Positions 43,639-53,378 of a stretch of DNA of 61,885 nucleotides are shown one piece after another. The stretch lies in contig CALDFW010000017.1 of the NCBI GenBank assembly GCA_937942165.1, positions 1 through 61,885 of the forward strand. Direction: 5' to 3'. The notes beneath the pieces were generated by a model. The model was given only the letters and a program-made list of their open reading frames with translations, did not search any database and was not told where the DNA came from. Source of the DNA: an uncultured bacterium. GTDB taxonomy: Bacteria > Latescibacterota > UBA2968 > UBA8231. Each line of letters opens with the position of its first letter. The stretch's first letter is position 1. The position numbers were made by a program, and so were the translations under genes.

Positions 43639-44238
43639 CTACTCTTCACCCAAGCGAAAACAGGAAAAGCGACGGACGCCGATTTTCTCACCAATCTTTG
43701 CCGTTAAATCTGTTATTAACTGTTCAATCGTTTGGTCGGGGTTCTTCACGAAGGCCTGCTCCATTAAGCAATTTTCTTGAAAGAACTTCTCGACTCGTCC
43801 CTGAACAATTTTTTCCGCAATATTTTCCGGCTTGCCTTCGTTTTTCGCTTGCTCAAGAAAAATACCCTTTTCGCGGTCAATAACGTCAGCGGCAATACCA
43901 TCGCGGTCAACGGCGAGCGGCTGCGCGGCGGCAATATGCATAGCCACATCGCGCCCAAACTGCTGAAAATCGTCCGTGCGAGCGACAAAGTCCGTTTCAC
44001 AGTTTACCTCGACCAGCACACCTAAGCGACTTCCTGGATGGATATACGATATAATCGAGCCATCCGTCGCATCGCGACCAGCGCGCTTCTCCACCGCCGC
44101 CATGCCCTGTTTGCGCAGGTATTCTACCGCCTTGTCAACATCCCCATCTGATTCCTGTAACGCCTTCTTGCAGTCCATCATTCCCAACCCCGTCTGCTTG
44201 CGGAGTTGCATAACAGCCTTAGCCGATATTTCTGCCAT
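43639..44238 (-). CDS. tsf: Translation elongation factor Ts (short form)
   Basis: AVMQLRKQTGLGMMDCKKALQESDGDVDKAVEYLRKQG UBA-like N-terminus, and VEVNCETDFVAR. Confidence 0.95.
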   Translation of the reverse strand: MAEISAKAVMQLRKQTGLGMMDCKKALQESDGDVDKAVEYLRKQGMAAVEKRAGRDATDGSIISYIHPGSRLGVLVEVNCETDFVARTDDFQQFGRDVAMHIAAAQPLAVDRDGIAADVIDREKGIFLEQAKNEGKPENIAEKIVQGRVEKFFQENCLMEQAFVKNPDQTIEQLITDLTAKIGEKIGVRRFSCFRLGEE

Positions 44239-44284
44239 TTGAATTCTTCTCTGTTAACGGTATGATTAAAAGCCGACCGCACAC

Positions 44285-45052
44285 TTACGACTGTGCGGCT
44301 TCTCCCTCTTCTTTTACCTCGGCAGTTGCCTCAGCAGCTTCATCCTTGTCTTTTCCCTTTGCCGCGGCCGCTTCAGCCTTGCCTTCGATCACTGCATCTG
44401 CCAGATACTGGGCGATTAGACCGATTGAGCGAATCGCATCGTCGTTTCCGGGTATGGGGTAGTCGACCTGATCCGGGTCGCAGTTGGTGTCCACAATAGC
44501 AACGGAAGGTATCTTTAGCTTAACAGCTTCGCGCACGGCGATATGCTCTTTGCGAATGTCAATGATGACCACCAAACCGGGAATTCCTCCCATATTGCGG
44601 ATGCCGGTCAGCGTTCGCACCAAACGGGCGCGCTCTTTTTCGAGGAGCAACACCTCTTTTTTCTTGAGTTTGTCGTAGGTACCATCCGTGGCAATTCGGT
44701 CCAAGTGGTCCAAATGGCGGATGCTCTGGCGAATAGTGGGCCAGTTTGTCAGCATTCCACCCAACCAGCGTTCGGTAACATAGAACTGCTCGCAGCGTTC
44801 GGCTTCTTGACGAATGATATCAGCCGCTTGCTTTTTCGTACCTACGAATAGAATCGCCTTACCAGCACGAGCCGTCTCTCGAACAACCTGACAGGCGTCC
44901 TCGATTCTACTCACGGTCTTCTGCAAGTCTATGATGTGGATTTTGTTCCGCTCAGTAAAAATAAACTGCCGCATCTTGGGATTCCAGCGGCGAGTCTGGT
45001 GACCAAAATGGGTCCCAGCCTCAAGCAGATCGCGAATATTGATTTCAGCCAT
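44285..45052 (-). CDS. rpsB: 30S ribosomal protein S2
   Basis: [19 protein letters not shown] and the conserved core. Acidic/Lys-rich C-terminal tail. Confidence 0.96.
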   Translation of the reverse strand: MAEINIRDLLEAGTHFGHQTRRWNPKMRQFIFTERNKIHIIDLQKTVSRIEDACQVVRETARAGKAILFVGTKKQAADIIRQEAERCEQFYVTERWLGGMLTNWPTIRQSIRHLDHLDRIATDGTYDKLKKKEVLLLEKERARLVRTLTGIRNMGGIPGLVVIIDIRKEHIAVREAVKLKIPSVAIVDTNCDPDQVDYPIPGNDDAIRSIGLIAQYLADAVIEGKAEAAAAKGKDKDEAAEATAEVKEEGEAAQS

Positions 45053-45106
45053 CTTTTCTACTCCTGTCGTGTTATGCCCCCGTCTTCATCGCCTATAAGC
45101 AGAATA

Positions 45107-45127
45107 CCCGCAGGCAAAACCTGCGGG
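45107..45127 (-). terminator. Hairpin between rpsI and rpsB (possible terminator or attenuator)
   Basis: 8-bp stem CCCGCAGG / CCTGCGGG with loop CAAAA. On the minus strand it is followed by TATTCTGCTTAT, which is T-rich but not a clean T-run. Confidence 0.35.
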
Positions 45128-45174
45128 CACACTTCTGCACATATCCGAAGACGTGCGAATTTACAGCAAATAGT

Positions 45175-45567
45175 CTAGCGCTTGGAAAACTGGAACCGCT
45201 TTCGAGCACCAGCCAAACCATACTTCTTGCGCTCTTTTTCTCTCGCATCGCGGGTCAGAAAACCCGCTTTCTTCAACGTCGTACGCATTTCCGGATTAAA
45301 CTTGATCAGCGCTCGAGCGATACCTAAACAGGCCGCTCCAGCCTGACCGCGAAGCCCACCACCACGGGTAGAAATATGAATGTCGAATTGGTCGCGCGTT
45401 TCCGTAAGGTCCAGCGGCTGCACGAGGATCATTTCAAGTGCCCCACGCCGCAGGTAATCATTAACGGCACGCCCGTTCATCATGATGTTGCCAGACCCCG
45501 GGCGCAAATACACGCGGGCAACGGACGTCTTGCGACGTCCAGTGGCTTCGTAACTTTCTCCAGGCAT
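45175..45567 (-). CDS. rpsI: 30S ribosomal protein S9
   Basis: 130 aa with [20 protein letters not shown], and the C-terminus RKRFQFSKR. Confidence 0.96.
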   Translation of the reverse strand: MPGESYEATGRRKTSVARVYLRPGSGNIMMNGRAVNDYLRRGALEMILVQPLDLTETRDQFDIHISTRGGGLRGQAGAACLGIARALIKFNPEMRTTLKKAGFLTRDAREKERKKYGLAGARKRFQFSKR

Positions 45568-45604
45568 TAACCCTCTACCTCTCGTTGATGGTCAAGCAGT
45601 TTGT

Positions 45605-46042
45605 TTACTGTATATCCAGCGTCTGTGGCTGCTGGGCTTCATGCCGATGGTCAGGACCGGCATAAACGCGAAGTTTCTTAAGCAGTTGGCGTCCAAGGCG
45701 ATTGTTGGGCAACATGCCCCAGACCGCCTTTTTAAGAATACGCTCGGGATGTTCATCCATCATCTGCTCATAGGTGGTCGTGCGCAGACCGCCGGGATAC
45801 CCCGTATGCCGGTGATACACCTTCTTATCGGCTTTGGCCCCCGTAACGCGCACTTTGTCGATATTGACGACAACAACGTGATCTCCCATATCCATATGAG
45901 GAGCGTACGTGGGCTTGTGCTTACCCTTTAGCACCTGAGCAATCTGCGACGCCAATCGGCCAAGCACCTTGTCCGTGGCGTCGACAATGTGCCACTGATG
46001 CTCTATATCTCCGGCTTTAGGAGAAAAAGTTTTGTTACCCAT
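45605..46042 (-). CDS. rplM: 50S ribosomal protein L13
   Basis: ORF 45605-46078 trimmed to ATG 46042 (MGNKTFSPKAGDIEHQWHIVDA), matching L13 N-termini. Also HTGYPGG. Confidence 0.93.
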   Translation of the reverse strand: MGNKTFSPKAGDIEHQWHIVDATDKVLGRLASQIAQVLKGKHKPTYAPHMDMGDHVVVVNIDKVRVTGAKADKKVYHRHTGYPGGLRTTTYEQMMDEHPERILKKAVWGMLPNNRLGRQLLKKLRVYAGPDHRHEAQQPQTLDIQ

Positions 46043-46136
46043 GCTATCCATTCCGCAAAAGCACGCAGCCGCAGGCAACGCGCATTAGTACCTATATTCA
46101 GTAAGTCGTAAAAATTAAATGCGTTGCGTTTGCTTG

Positions 46137-46742
46137 TCAAGCCCTTAACCACCGACGAACGCATAGGAAACCGATCCCCAAGACAAACACACCCAAGAGG
46201 ACTCGATTATACTGTTTGAGCAGATCGCTCACCTCAGTCCAATTTTGCCCGAGCAGTAAGCCGACATACAGTAAGAGTCCATTCCAGAACATCATACTCA
46301 GTGCCCCGGCAAAGAACACGCGCACAGTCGGCATAGTTCCAATGCCCGCAGAAATTGCTACCACTGAACGAACGCCGGTTAGAAAGCGATTGGCCAGAAC
46401 AAGCCATAAACCATAGCGGGCGAGCCACGCCTCGGCTCGCTGCAGTCCCTCCGAGGTAAAGATACGCCCACCCCGGCCACTAAAGAACGATCTACCATAG
46501 CGCAACCCCATAAAAAACATAAACATAAACCCTGCTACACCACCGCCAACGGTCGCCGCGAATACGGGCAGGAGATCCCATACGCCCCTCCCCACCAGAT
46601 AGGCGCTGAAAACAACGACGGTGTCACCGGGCACGGGCGGTATAACGTTTTCCAAAAATGCACAAACAAATAACAACCCGTATGCCCAGTATGGATTCAT
46701 CGCTTCCAGCGTTCCTACGAGTTGGCCAAAAAACTCATCCAT
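46137..46742 (-). CDS. DedA-family membrane protein
   Basis: 201 aa, polytopic, with a PPVPGDTVVVFSAYLVG motif typical of DedA/SNARE-associated proteins. Confidence 0.8.
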   Translation of the reverse strand: MDEFFGQLVGTLEAMNPYWAYGLLFVCAFLENVIPPVPGDTVVVFSAYLVGRGVWDLLPVFAATVGGGVAGFMFMFFMGLRYGRSFFSGRGGRIFTSEGLQRAEAWLARYGLWLVLANRFLTGVRSVVAISAGIGTMPTVRVFFAGALSMMFWNGLLLYVGLLLGQNWTEVSDLLKQYNRVLLGVFVLGIGFLCVRRWLRA

Positions 46743-46747
46743 TGTCC

Positions 46748-47926
46748 TTACGTCCGCACCAGCGCCACTGCCTGGGATGCCATGCCCTCTTCCCGGCCGA
46801 CAAAACCCAGGCGTTCCGTGGTCGTAGCCTTAACCGAAATAGCCGACTCCTCAATATGCAGAACAGACGCCAACTTGGTGCGTATCGCGGGAATGTGGGG
46901 CGCCAATTTCGGCTGCTGTGCCATGACTACAGCGTCTATATTCACAATGGAGACCTGCTGCTCTTCCAGCTTTTCACGCACGCGCTCCAACAGTATCAAA
47001 CTGGACATATCCTTGTATTGCGTATCGGTGTCGGGGAAAAGCTGTCCAATATCTCCTCCTCCGATCGTTCCGAGCAGTGCATCGATGATCGCATGAGTCA
47101 ATACATCCGCATCCGAGTGACCTTCAAGACCCAGATGGAAGGGAATTTCGATCCCGCCAAGGACGAGCAAGCGCCCTTCGACCAACCGATGAACGTCGTA
47201 TCCCTGACCTACGCGTATTCCCGAATCGTCCATATCATTTTCCTCGGCCATATGCAGCGTTGCCCACGCCCAGTCAACAGGCGTAGTTAGCTTCTTGTTT
47301 TCCGCCTCGCCCGCTACAATCCGCACTGGCTCTCCCAGCATTTCAACGAGCATAGCATCGTCGGTCGCTGCGTCAACCTCTCTCTGCTCGTGGGCACGAC
47401 ACAAAAGCGAGCGGCGAAACCCTTGGGGAGTCTGAGCGGCCTGGAGCAGATTCCGGTTGGGCGTTTCTTCCACCCACTCATCTCGGATCGTCTTTATCGT
47501 ATCCGCAACGGGCAGCGCTGGCAGCGCAGCGCCCCACCTATCGGCTGCCTCGACAACGCGCTCAATAAGGGACTCAGAAACAAAGGGACGCACGGCATCG
47601 TGCACCAAAATGAGCGTATCCTCGGCCTTCGTTTCTCCAAGGCCAGCCCGAACAGAGTCGGTGCGCTCACTTCCACCTGCAACCAGAGAACGCACTTTGG
47701 AAAAATCACCACCGCCAAGAACCGCTTGCTGACAGTAGGCCATATCGTCTGCTGCAACGACTATTACTACACCCGATATACATTCGGCCCTCTCAAAGGC
47801 CTGTAAAGTGTGCCAGAGGACGGGGCGTCCGCACAGTTCCATATACTGCTTGGGCACGTGTCCGCCCATCCGGACGCCTTTTCCTCCTGCAACGATTATC
47901 ACCGTTGCGCACAGGGGTTTACTCAT
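46748..47926 (-). CDS. ispDF: Bifunctional MEP cytidylyltransferase / MEcPP synthase (IspD-IspF fusion)
   Basis: IspD motif VAGGKGVRMG at the N-terminus. IspF motifs GYDVHRL and HSDADVLTHA in the C-terminal ~160 aa. Confidence 0.93.
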   Translation of the reverse strand: MSKPLCATVIIVAGGKGVRMGGHVPKQYMELCGRPVLWHTLQAFERAECISGVVIVVAADDMAYCQQAVLGGGDFSKVRSLVAGGSERTDSVRAGLGETKAEDTLILVHDAVRPFVSESLIERVVEAADRWGAALPALPVADTIKTIRDEWVEETPNRNLLQAAQTPQGFRRSLLCRAHEQREVDAATDDAMLVEMLGEPVRIVAGEAENKKLTTPVDWAWATLHMAEENDMDDSGIRVGQGYDVHRLVEGRLLVLGGIEIPFHLGLEGHSDADVLTHAIIDALLGTIGGGDIGQLFPDTDTQYKDMSSLILLERVREKLEEQQVSIVNIDAVVMAQQPKLAPHIPAIRTKLASVLHIEESAISVKATTTERLGFVGREEGMASQAVALVRT

Positions 47927-48990
47927 AGGACCATCATCGCATCACCGTAGCTGTAAAACCGGTATTTTTCACGCACGGCCTCAGCGTAGGCTTTCATCAT
48001 GTTTTCATACCCCGCGAAAGCCGCTACGAGCATGAGCAACGTCGATTGGGGTAAATGGAAGTTTGTGACCAAAACATCTACCGCACCAAATTCGTAGGGA
48101 GGATATATGAATGCTTCCGTCCAACCCGATAGATCGCGCACGGTCCCCCTCTCGTCAACCGCAGTTTCCAACGCGCGCACGGAGGTGGTCCCCACGGCGA
48201 TAGCGCGGCCTCCTGCCTCGCGCCGTTTATTAATTTCTTCCGCTGCTGAAGAGGAGACTTCATAGTATTCAGCTTCGATCCGATGCAAACGGGGATCTTC
48301 AGACCGCACCGGCTCAAACGTGCCCGGCCCTACGTGTAAAAGAATCGGCTGAATGCCGGTACCGGCCCGTCTTATATCCTGCATCAAGACGTCGGTAAAA
48401 TGCAGACCTGCCGTGGGCGCTGCAATCGCTCCCTGCTGACGCGCAAAAACGGTCTGATATCGTTCTTCGTCCTCTGCAGTGGGAGAACGACGGATGTACG
48501 GCGGCAGTGGAATTTCGCCAATTTCATTTAGAATGGATAAGACATCTTCGGCATCAAAGGCGAGTTCAATCCGCCCGTCTTTGCTACGGGCAGTGACTTC
48601 GGCTTTTAGCACTCCGTCGCTAAAAGCCAATGCCCGGCCCACCTGAAGCGCACGCGCAGGCTTGCCCATAGCCACCCAACGGCCCTGTGCCGCCGGCTTA
48701 ATGAGCAAGACTTCTACCTTGCCCCCCGTATCAGATCGCACGCCGAACAGACGAGCAGGAAACACCCGCGTTTCGTTTACGACAAGCACGTCCGCGGGAC
48801 GTATCATTGTTGTTATGTCGGAAAAGCGCAAGTGATGGATCTGCCCGTCACTGCGGTCGAGAACGAGCAAACGAGACTGATCCCGCCGCGTTACGGGATC
48901 TTGCGCAATCAGTTCTTCTGGAAGATGAAAGTCGTAATCAGATAGATTCATGGGGAGAAGGAGAATACGCCTCGTCATCCCATTCGTCAA
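47923..48990 (-). CDS. queA: S-adenosylmethionine:tRNA ribosyltransferase-isomerase
   Basis: LSDYDFHLPEELIAQ, GLHFT and VGTTSVRALE motifs. The start is uncertain: TTG at 48990, or ATG at 48978 or 48951. Confidence 0.92.
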   Translation of the reverse strand: MTNGMTRRILLLPMNLSDYDFHLPEELIAQDPVTRRDQSRLLVLDRSDGQIHHLRFSDITTMIRPADVLVVNETRVFPARLFGVRSDTGGKVEVLLIKPAAQGRWVAMGKPARALQVGRALAFSDGVLKAEVTARSKDGRIELAFDAEDVLSILNEIGEIPLPPYIRRSPTAEDEERYQTVFARQQGAIAAPTAGLHFTDVLMQDIRRAGTGIQPILLHVGPGTFEPVRSEDPRLHRIEAEYYEVSSSAAEEINKRREAGGRAIAVGTTSVRALETAVDERGTVRDLSGWTEAFIYPPYEFGAVDVLVTNFHLPQSTLLMLVAAFAGYENMMKAYAEAVREKYRFYSYGDAMMVL

Positions 48991-49062
48991 GATAGAGCGA
49001 TGGATGGTGCCAACATTTCAGCATGCACCATCCCTTTAAACGCAGGAAATATCTCGGGTGTG

Positions 49063-50223
49063 CTAAAGAAGGGAAAGAGCGGAGACCGCACTTACATTAG
49101 CCTGCGCCAACATTGCGGTGCTGCTTTGCACGAGAATCTGTGCTCGACTCAGCGCAGTAACCTCATTGGCGACGTCCGCGTCGCGAATAGTGGCCTCCGA
49201 TGCCTGTATATTCTCGAGCTCATTCTCACTGTAGGCGATGGTATAAGAGAGCCGGTTCTGAGCCGCACCGAGCTGTCCCCTCTCATTTGAGAGCCGCGCT
49301 ATCGCACTATCAATCTGCGATAGGGCCTGTCTGGCGCTTCCCTGCGTCTCCATAGAGACCTCATCAAGGTTGAGTATATCACCGGTCGAACGAAGATCTC
49401 GAATCCCTACTTCAATGCGATTTACGGCCCGGTCGGTCGGACCTACCTGAAATACGCCACCTGTGCCTTGTTCAATAACGATCGATTGACCGTTTAAATC
49501 GCCCTCTGCGTAACTGCCCGTAGCATTAGAAGCGCCAGAACCGGCGAGCGAAACCTGAATCCCCAACCGATCAAAATTAGCGACAACCGTTGCACCTGTT
49601 GCAACCGATCCACTATCCAGTTTCATGGCCACATTAATCGTTTGGGTTACAGTCCCATTTCCCAACGTGAGTTGGCTATCACCAGCAGTGTCTTCGAATG
49701 TATAGGTGCCCGCATCTGCCGATGAGAGTAGAACGCCCTTCACACCGGAAGTGTTGCTCGCCGTCACCGCCGTGGAGAGACTCTCCGATACCCGATTACC
49801 AAATCCGACGAGTAGGGACTGGTTATTATACGTCGTAGATTCTGCGATGCGATCAATCTCAGTCCGCAGGGAAGCGAATTCGGCGACCATGGCTTCGCGG
49901 TTGTTGTTGTTGAGCGTGCTACTGGAAGACTGCACGGCCAACTCTCGCATTCTAATAAGGATATTGCTCACTTCCTGCAGGGAACCTTCCGCTACCTGAA
50001 TGAGGTTTGCCGCATGCTCGGCGTTCTGCACATTCTGGCTCAGACCGGAGATCTGCCCTCTCATACCTTCGGAGATTACTAAACCTGAAGCGTCATCTGC
50101 AGCTCGATTTACTCGCAGACCGGAGGAAAGCCGCTCTAATTCGCGCCCCACAGAGCCCAAATTACGCTTTACGACTCTTTGCGCGTTGATCGCTTTGATA
50201 TTGCTGTTAACTCTGAGTGCCAT
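49063..50223 (-). CDS. Flagellin
   Basis: ORF 49063-50229 trimmed to ATG 50223 (MALRVNSNIKAINAQR), with a GGAGGG SD 8 nt upstream. Conserved flagellin N-terminus (LSSGLRVNRAADDASGL) and C-terminus (ILVQSSTAMLAQANVS). Confidence 0.93.
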   Translation of the reverse strand: MALRVNSNIKAINAQRVVKRNLGSVGRELERLSSGLRVNRAADDASGLVISEGMRGQISGLSQNVQNAEHAANLIQVAEGSLQEVSNILIRMRELAVQSSSSTLNNNNREAMVAEFASLRTEIDRIAESTTYNNQSLLVGFGNRVSESLSTAVTASNTSGVKGVLLSSADAGTYTFEDTAGDSQLTLGNGTVTQTINVAMKLDSGSVATGATVVANFDRLGIQVSLAGSGASNATGSYAEGDLNGQSIVIEQGTGGVFQVGPTDRAVNRIEVGIRDLRSTGDILNLDEVSMETQGSARQALSQIDSAIARLSNERGQLGAAQNRLSYTIAYSENELENIQASEATIRDADVANEVTALSRAQILVQSSTAMLAQANVSAVSALSLL

Positions 50224-50343
50224 GACCACAACCCTCCACGCAGCCTACAACTCTACATGTTATTGTTTTTAATCAATTTAACAAGGACTAGTTATTCTAA
50301 AACTAATGGAGCTATTATTTAAGCCGCATAGGCCCTACTCCTT

Positions 50344-50371
50344 TTATCGGCCGTAAAGCAACACTACTTTA
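50344..50371 (-). promoter_or_regulatory. Sigma28 (FliA)-type promoter for flagellin gene 49063-50223
   Basis: The minus strand reads TAAA-N16-GCCGATAA, with -35 at 50371-50368 and -10 at 50351-50344. This is close to the TAAA-N15-GCCGATAA consensus. It lies about 120 nt upstream of the start codon. Confidence 0.6.
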
Positions 50372-50486
50372 ATGGATATCCAGGTTTTTTTTAAAAAAAG
50401 TTGGAGAGGAATTACGCACAACCGATAATTATCATGTAGTATCAGGTTATGTGAGGTCGAAGGTCTGAGAACAAGGAGGTTCGATA

Positions 50487-51647
50487 ATGGCCCTTAGTTT
50501 CAATAGCAACATCTCTGCTATAAATACATCCAATATACTCGGGCAGGTTGAAAGAGACAGCCAAGACCGGCGAGCGCGTCTATCCTCTGGCATGGCTATA
50601 AACTCATCGCGCGAGAGCGCTGCACGCCTCTCCATGTCGGAAGGTATGCGAGCTGAATTAGGTGGATTAACGCAGGGAGCCCGCAATGCGGAAAACGCCC
50701 TTGATCTACTGCGCACGGCTGAGGGAGGCATGAACGAGATTAGCGCTATGGTGATCCGCATGCGCGAGCTAGCCGTCCAATCTTCATCTGCAACGCTCAA
50801 CGACAGAAACCGGGAAGCGATTGAGGCCGAATTCAATCAGCTGAAGGGTGAGATAGATCGCATGGTGCGCGTAGCCAGCTATAATGACCAGACCGTCTTG
50901 AGCGGCTTCGGCAACGCGGTGAATAAAGATACTTCCACCGCCCTGACCGACGCGGACGCAACGGGCGTTCGCTACATCAAACTGACTGGAGCGCCTGAGG
51001 GCACCTATACGTTTATAGACAACCCAGATGATAATGAGATTACGCTTGGCAACGGCGTAATAACCCAGACAGTTAACCTAGGATCTCGCACCGTTGATGG
51101 ACAGGTCGCCGAAGGAACTACGCAGTCCGTTAATTTTGACAGCCTGGGCATAGAAGTTATCCTGTCCGGTGAAGGCGTACAGGATGCCGCAGGTGCTTAT
51201 ACCGACGGAGAGTTAAGCGGTAAAACAATCCAAGTAGATGACATAGGCGGAAGTTTCCAGCTGGGCAGTGATGCCGTACCGGCAGATCGATTGGATTATG
51301 AAATTGCCGACTTACAGACCGATGGCCCCATACTCAACCTAACCAACGTGAGCCTGGGAACGGTTGACGGGGCTCGATCTGCCCTCACCCGATTGGAAGA
51401 GACCATTGGCCGCGTCAGCAAAGTGCGAGGAGACATGGGAGCCGTTATCAATCGACTGACGCGCACCCTAGATTACACAACGGGGTCTATCGAACGCATT
51501 ACCGCCTCTGAGTCTACGGTGCGCGACGTTGATTACGCTTGGGAAACAGCACAGTTAGCGAGAAATGAGATTATTCGCCAAGCCTCTGTAGCGACGCTTT
51601 CCAAGACCAATATTTCGGCCAATCTAGCCGTTAGCCTTCTGCAATAA
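50487..51647 (+). CDS. Flagellin (second paralog, divergent orientation)
   Basis: MALSFNSNISAINTS, with an AAGGAGG SD. Conserved N-terminal domain (MRELAVQSSSATLNDRNREAIEAEF) and C-terminal domain (IIRQASVATLSKTNIS). Confidence 0.93.
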   Translation: MALSFNSNISAINTSNILGQVERDSQDRRARLSSGMAINSSRESAARLSMSEGMRAELGGLTQGARNAENALDLLRTAEGGMNEISAMVIRMRELAVQSSSATLNDRNREAIEAEFNQLKGEIDRMVRVASYNDQTVLSGFGNAVNKDTSTALTDADATGVRYIKLTGAPEGTYTFIDNPDDNEITLGNGVITQTVNLGSRTVDGQVAEGTTQSVNFDSLGIEVILSGEGVQDAAGAYTDGELSGKTIQVDDIGGSFQLGSDAVPADRLDYEIADLQTDGPILNLTNVSLGTVDGARSALTRLEETIGRVSKVRGDMGAVINRLTRTLDYTTGSIERITASESTVRDVDYAWETAQLARNEIIRQASVATLSKTNISANLAVSLLQ

Positions 51648-51704
51648 ACTAAATGAAACGGATTGAGCCCGCGGTATTATCAGTGCCGAGACATTGAACG
51701 ACTA

Positions 51705-52394
51705 TTAGCCCGAATAGCTCCTGTACTTGAAGATGGTCCAGAGGATTTTGTGCCCTGCCCGCACAGATCCACTGAGCGTACCGCTAATTTTTGAAATGCC
51801 AATCCGTTTTCGATAACGAACGGGGACTTCCGTACAGCGCATCTCTAATCGCGCGGCTTTAACCTGCATTTCCACCGTCCAGCCGAAGTCTCTATCGCAC
51901 ATCTCCAGCCGCTTGAGCGCTTTATGATCTATCGCACGAAAAGGGCCCAAGTCGGTGAAAGAGACACCGAACAGCCAGCGTATAAGCCGCGTTGAAAGCC
52001 AATTGCCAAAGCGTGCCTGTGGTAGTAGGGCTCCCTTCTCACGCTGTCCAAGGACGCGCGATCCAACCACCAAATCGGCGGCGCCGGATACTATGGGCTC
52101 GTACAATGCAGGCATTTCTTCTGGAAAGTCGCTGTAATCGCCATCCAAAAAGACAACGATATCGGTATCGGAAAGCGCACTGAGCCCCCTGAGACAGGCC
52201 TGTCCATACCCCCTGGTCGGTTCGTGGACGACAACGGCCCCCCGAAGCTGTGCAATCGCCGCAGTTGCATCGGTAGAACCGTTGTCGACGACGATGACTT
52301 CGGAAACGGTGTTGGGTATTTCGTCGATCACGCGACCAATGGCGCGCTCTTCGTTGAACGCCGGTATGATGACGGATATCTTGGGAGCGGCCAT
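51705..52394 (-). CDS. Family 2 glycosyltransferase (polyprenyl-phosphate hexosyltransferase-like)
   Basis: ISVIIPAFNEE N-terminus, VVDNGSTD, and the DxD motif LDGDYSD. 229 aa. Confidence 0.85.
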   Translation of the reverse strand: MAAPKISVIIPAFNEERAIGRVIDEIPNTVSEVIVVDNGSTDATAAIAQLRGAVVVHEPTRGYGQACLRGLSALSDTDIVVFLDGDYSDFPEEMPALYEPIVSGAADLVVGSRVLGQREKGALLPQARFGNWLSTRLIRWLFGVSFTDLGPFRAIDHKALKRLEMCDRDFGWTVEMQVKAARLEMRCTEVPVRYRKRIGISKISGTLSGSVRAGHKILWTIFKYRSYSG

Positions 52395-52411
52395 GAGGCT
52401 AACTAGGCCTG

Positions 52412-53251
52412 CTACAGATTATTCTCCAACCACAAAAAGAGAAGGTCCTTAGCCTCGGGGACCTCGTTGATGAGGTCAATCCCATGCGCGGCTGAATTTT
52501 GAAATATGCGAAGTGACGTGGGTTGAGCAGTTACCGCTTCTAAGTTTCGAGCAAAATCAGCGTAGCTGAGCACGATATCGGGACCTTCCAACTGGTCCAT
52601 CGCCCCCACTAAGTAAAGAATGGACCGAGGCGCAAAAGGAGAAATGCCCTGCCCTATTATGAGAGGACTCAGGGAGGATGCCTCCCAAAGCCCCGGCGAG
52701 AGCGTCACGCTTGTTTTTATTTGCTCGGTGAAGACACCTGAACTCACAAATGCTACGTTGCCACCCGACCCATCGCCGATCACAGCGATGCGATTGGGAT
52801 CCACCGCGCGCTGTCCCAACAGCCAGTTCAGCGTGGCGTATACGTCGAGCACGCTGTTTTCCAGGTCTTCAATAAGCAGCACCTGACGATTGTCCGGAAG
52901 CGGCGTCTGACCGTGCCCGCGCATGTCTACAGCGACAACGGCATACCCGCGCTCGAGTAACTCGATAAACAAGTCGGTTGTTGTTAACCACACCTGCTTA
53001 TCTCCGCCCAGGTCGTGCAGCAAGATGACCGTAGGAACGCGCTCGGCGGACGCCGAGGCTCCGAAAAGCGCGCTAATCGGCACTCCGTCATTGGAGAGGA
53101 AGGTAATTTCATTGATGGGGTATACTCGTCCCGGGCCTTTGGATACCTCCGGGCCGGTGATACGAACGCCATCTTCATCTGAATCACTGCATCCGGTGAG
53201 AGCAAACACCCCCAAAACCAGACATAGCTGCAGCAAATTTCTCATCTTCAA
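52412..53251 (-). CDS. Putative lipoprotein with an alpha/beta-hydrolase-like fold
   Basis: Lipobox LVLGVFALTGC. HDLGGDKQ and VIGDGSGGN segments resemble the oxyanion and nucleophile regions of a hydrolase, but the GxSxG motif is not canonical. Confidence 0.5.
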   Translation of the reverse strand: MKMRNLLQLCLVLGVFALTGCSDSDEDGVRITGPEVSKGPGRVYPINEITFLSNDGVPISALFGASASAERVPTVILLHDLGGDKQVWLTTTDLFIELLERGYAVVAVDMRGHGQTPLPDNRQVLLIEDLENSVLDVYATLNWLLGQRAVDPNRIAVIGDGSGGNVAFVSSGVFTEQIKTSVTLSPGLWEASSLSPLIIGQGISPFAPRSILYLVGAMDQLEGPDIVLSYADFARNLEAVTAQPTSLRIFQNSAAHGIDLINEVPEAKDLLFLWLENNL

Positions 53252-53378
53252 CTCCTCGCTAGCGCAGGAGGCCTAAAAAGAAGCGCTGCACGGCGACGGA
53301 CAGCGCTCAGACCTTCCGATCTGCACGTTGGCTAGTTTGACCTAAGTGACTGTGAAAAATAAACAAACGGCCTATTGA

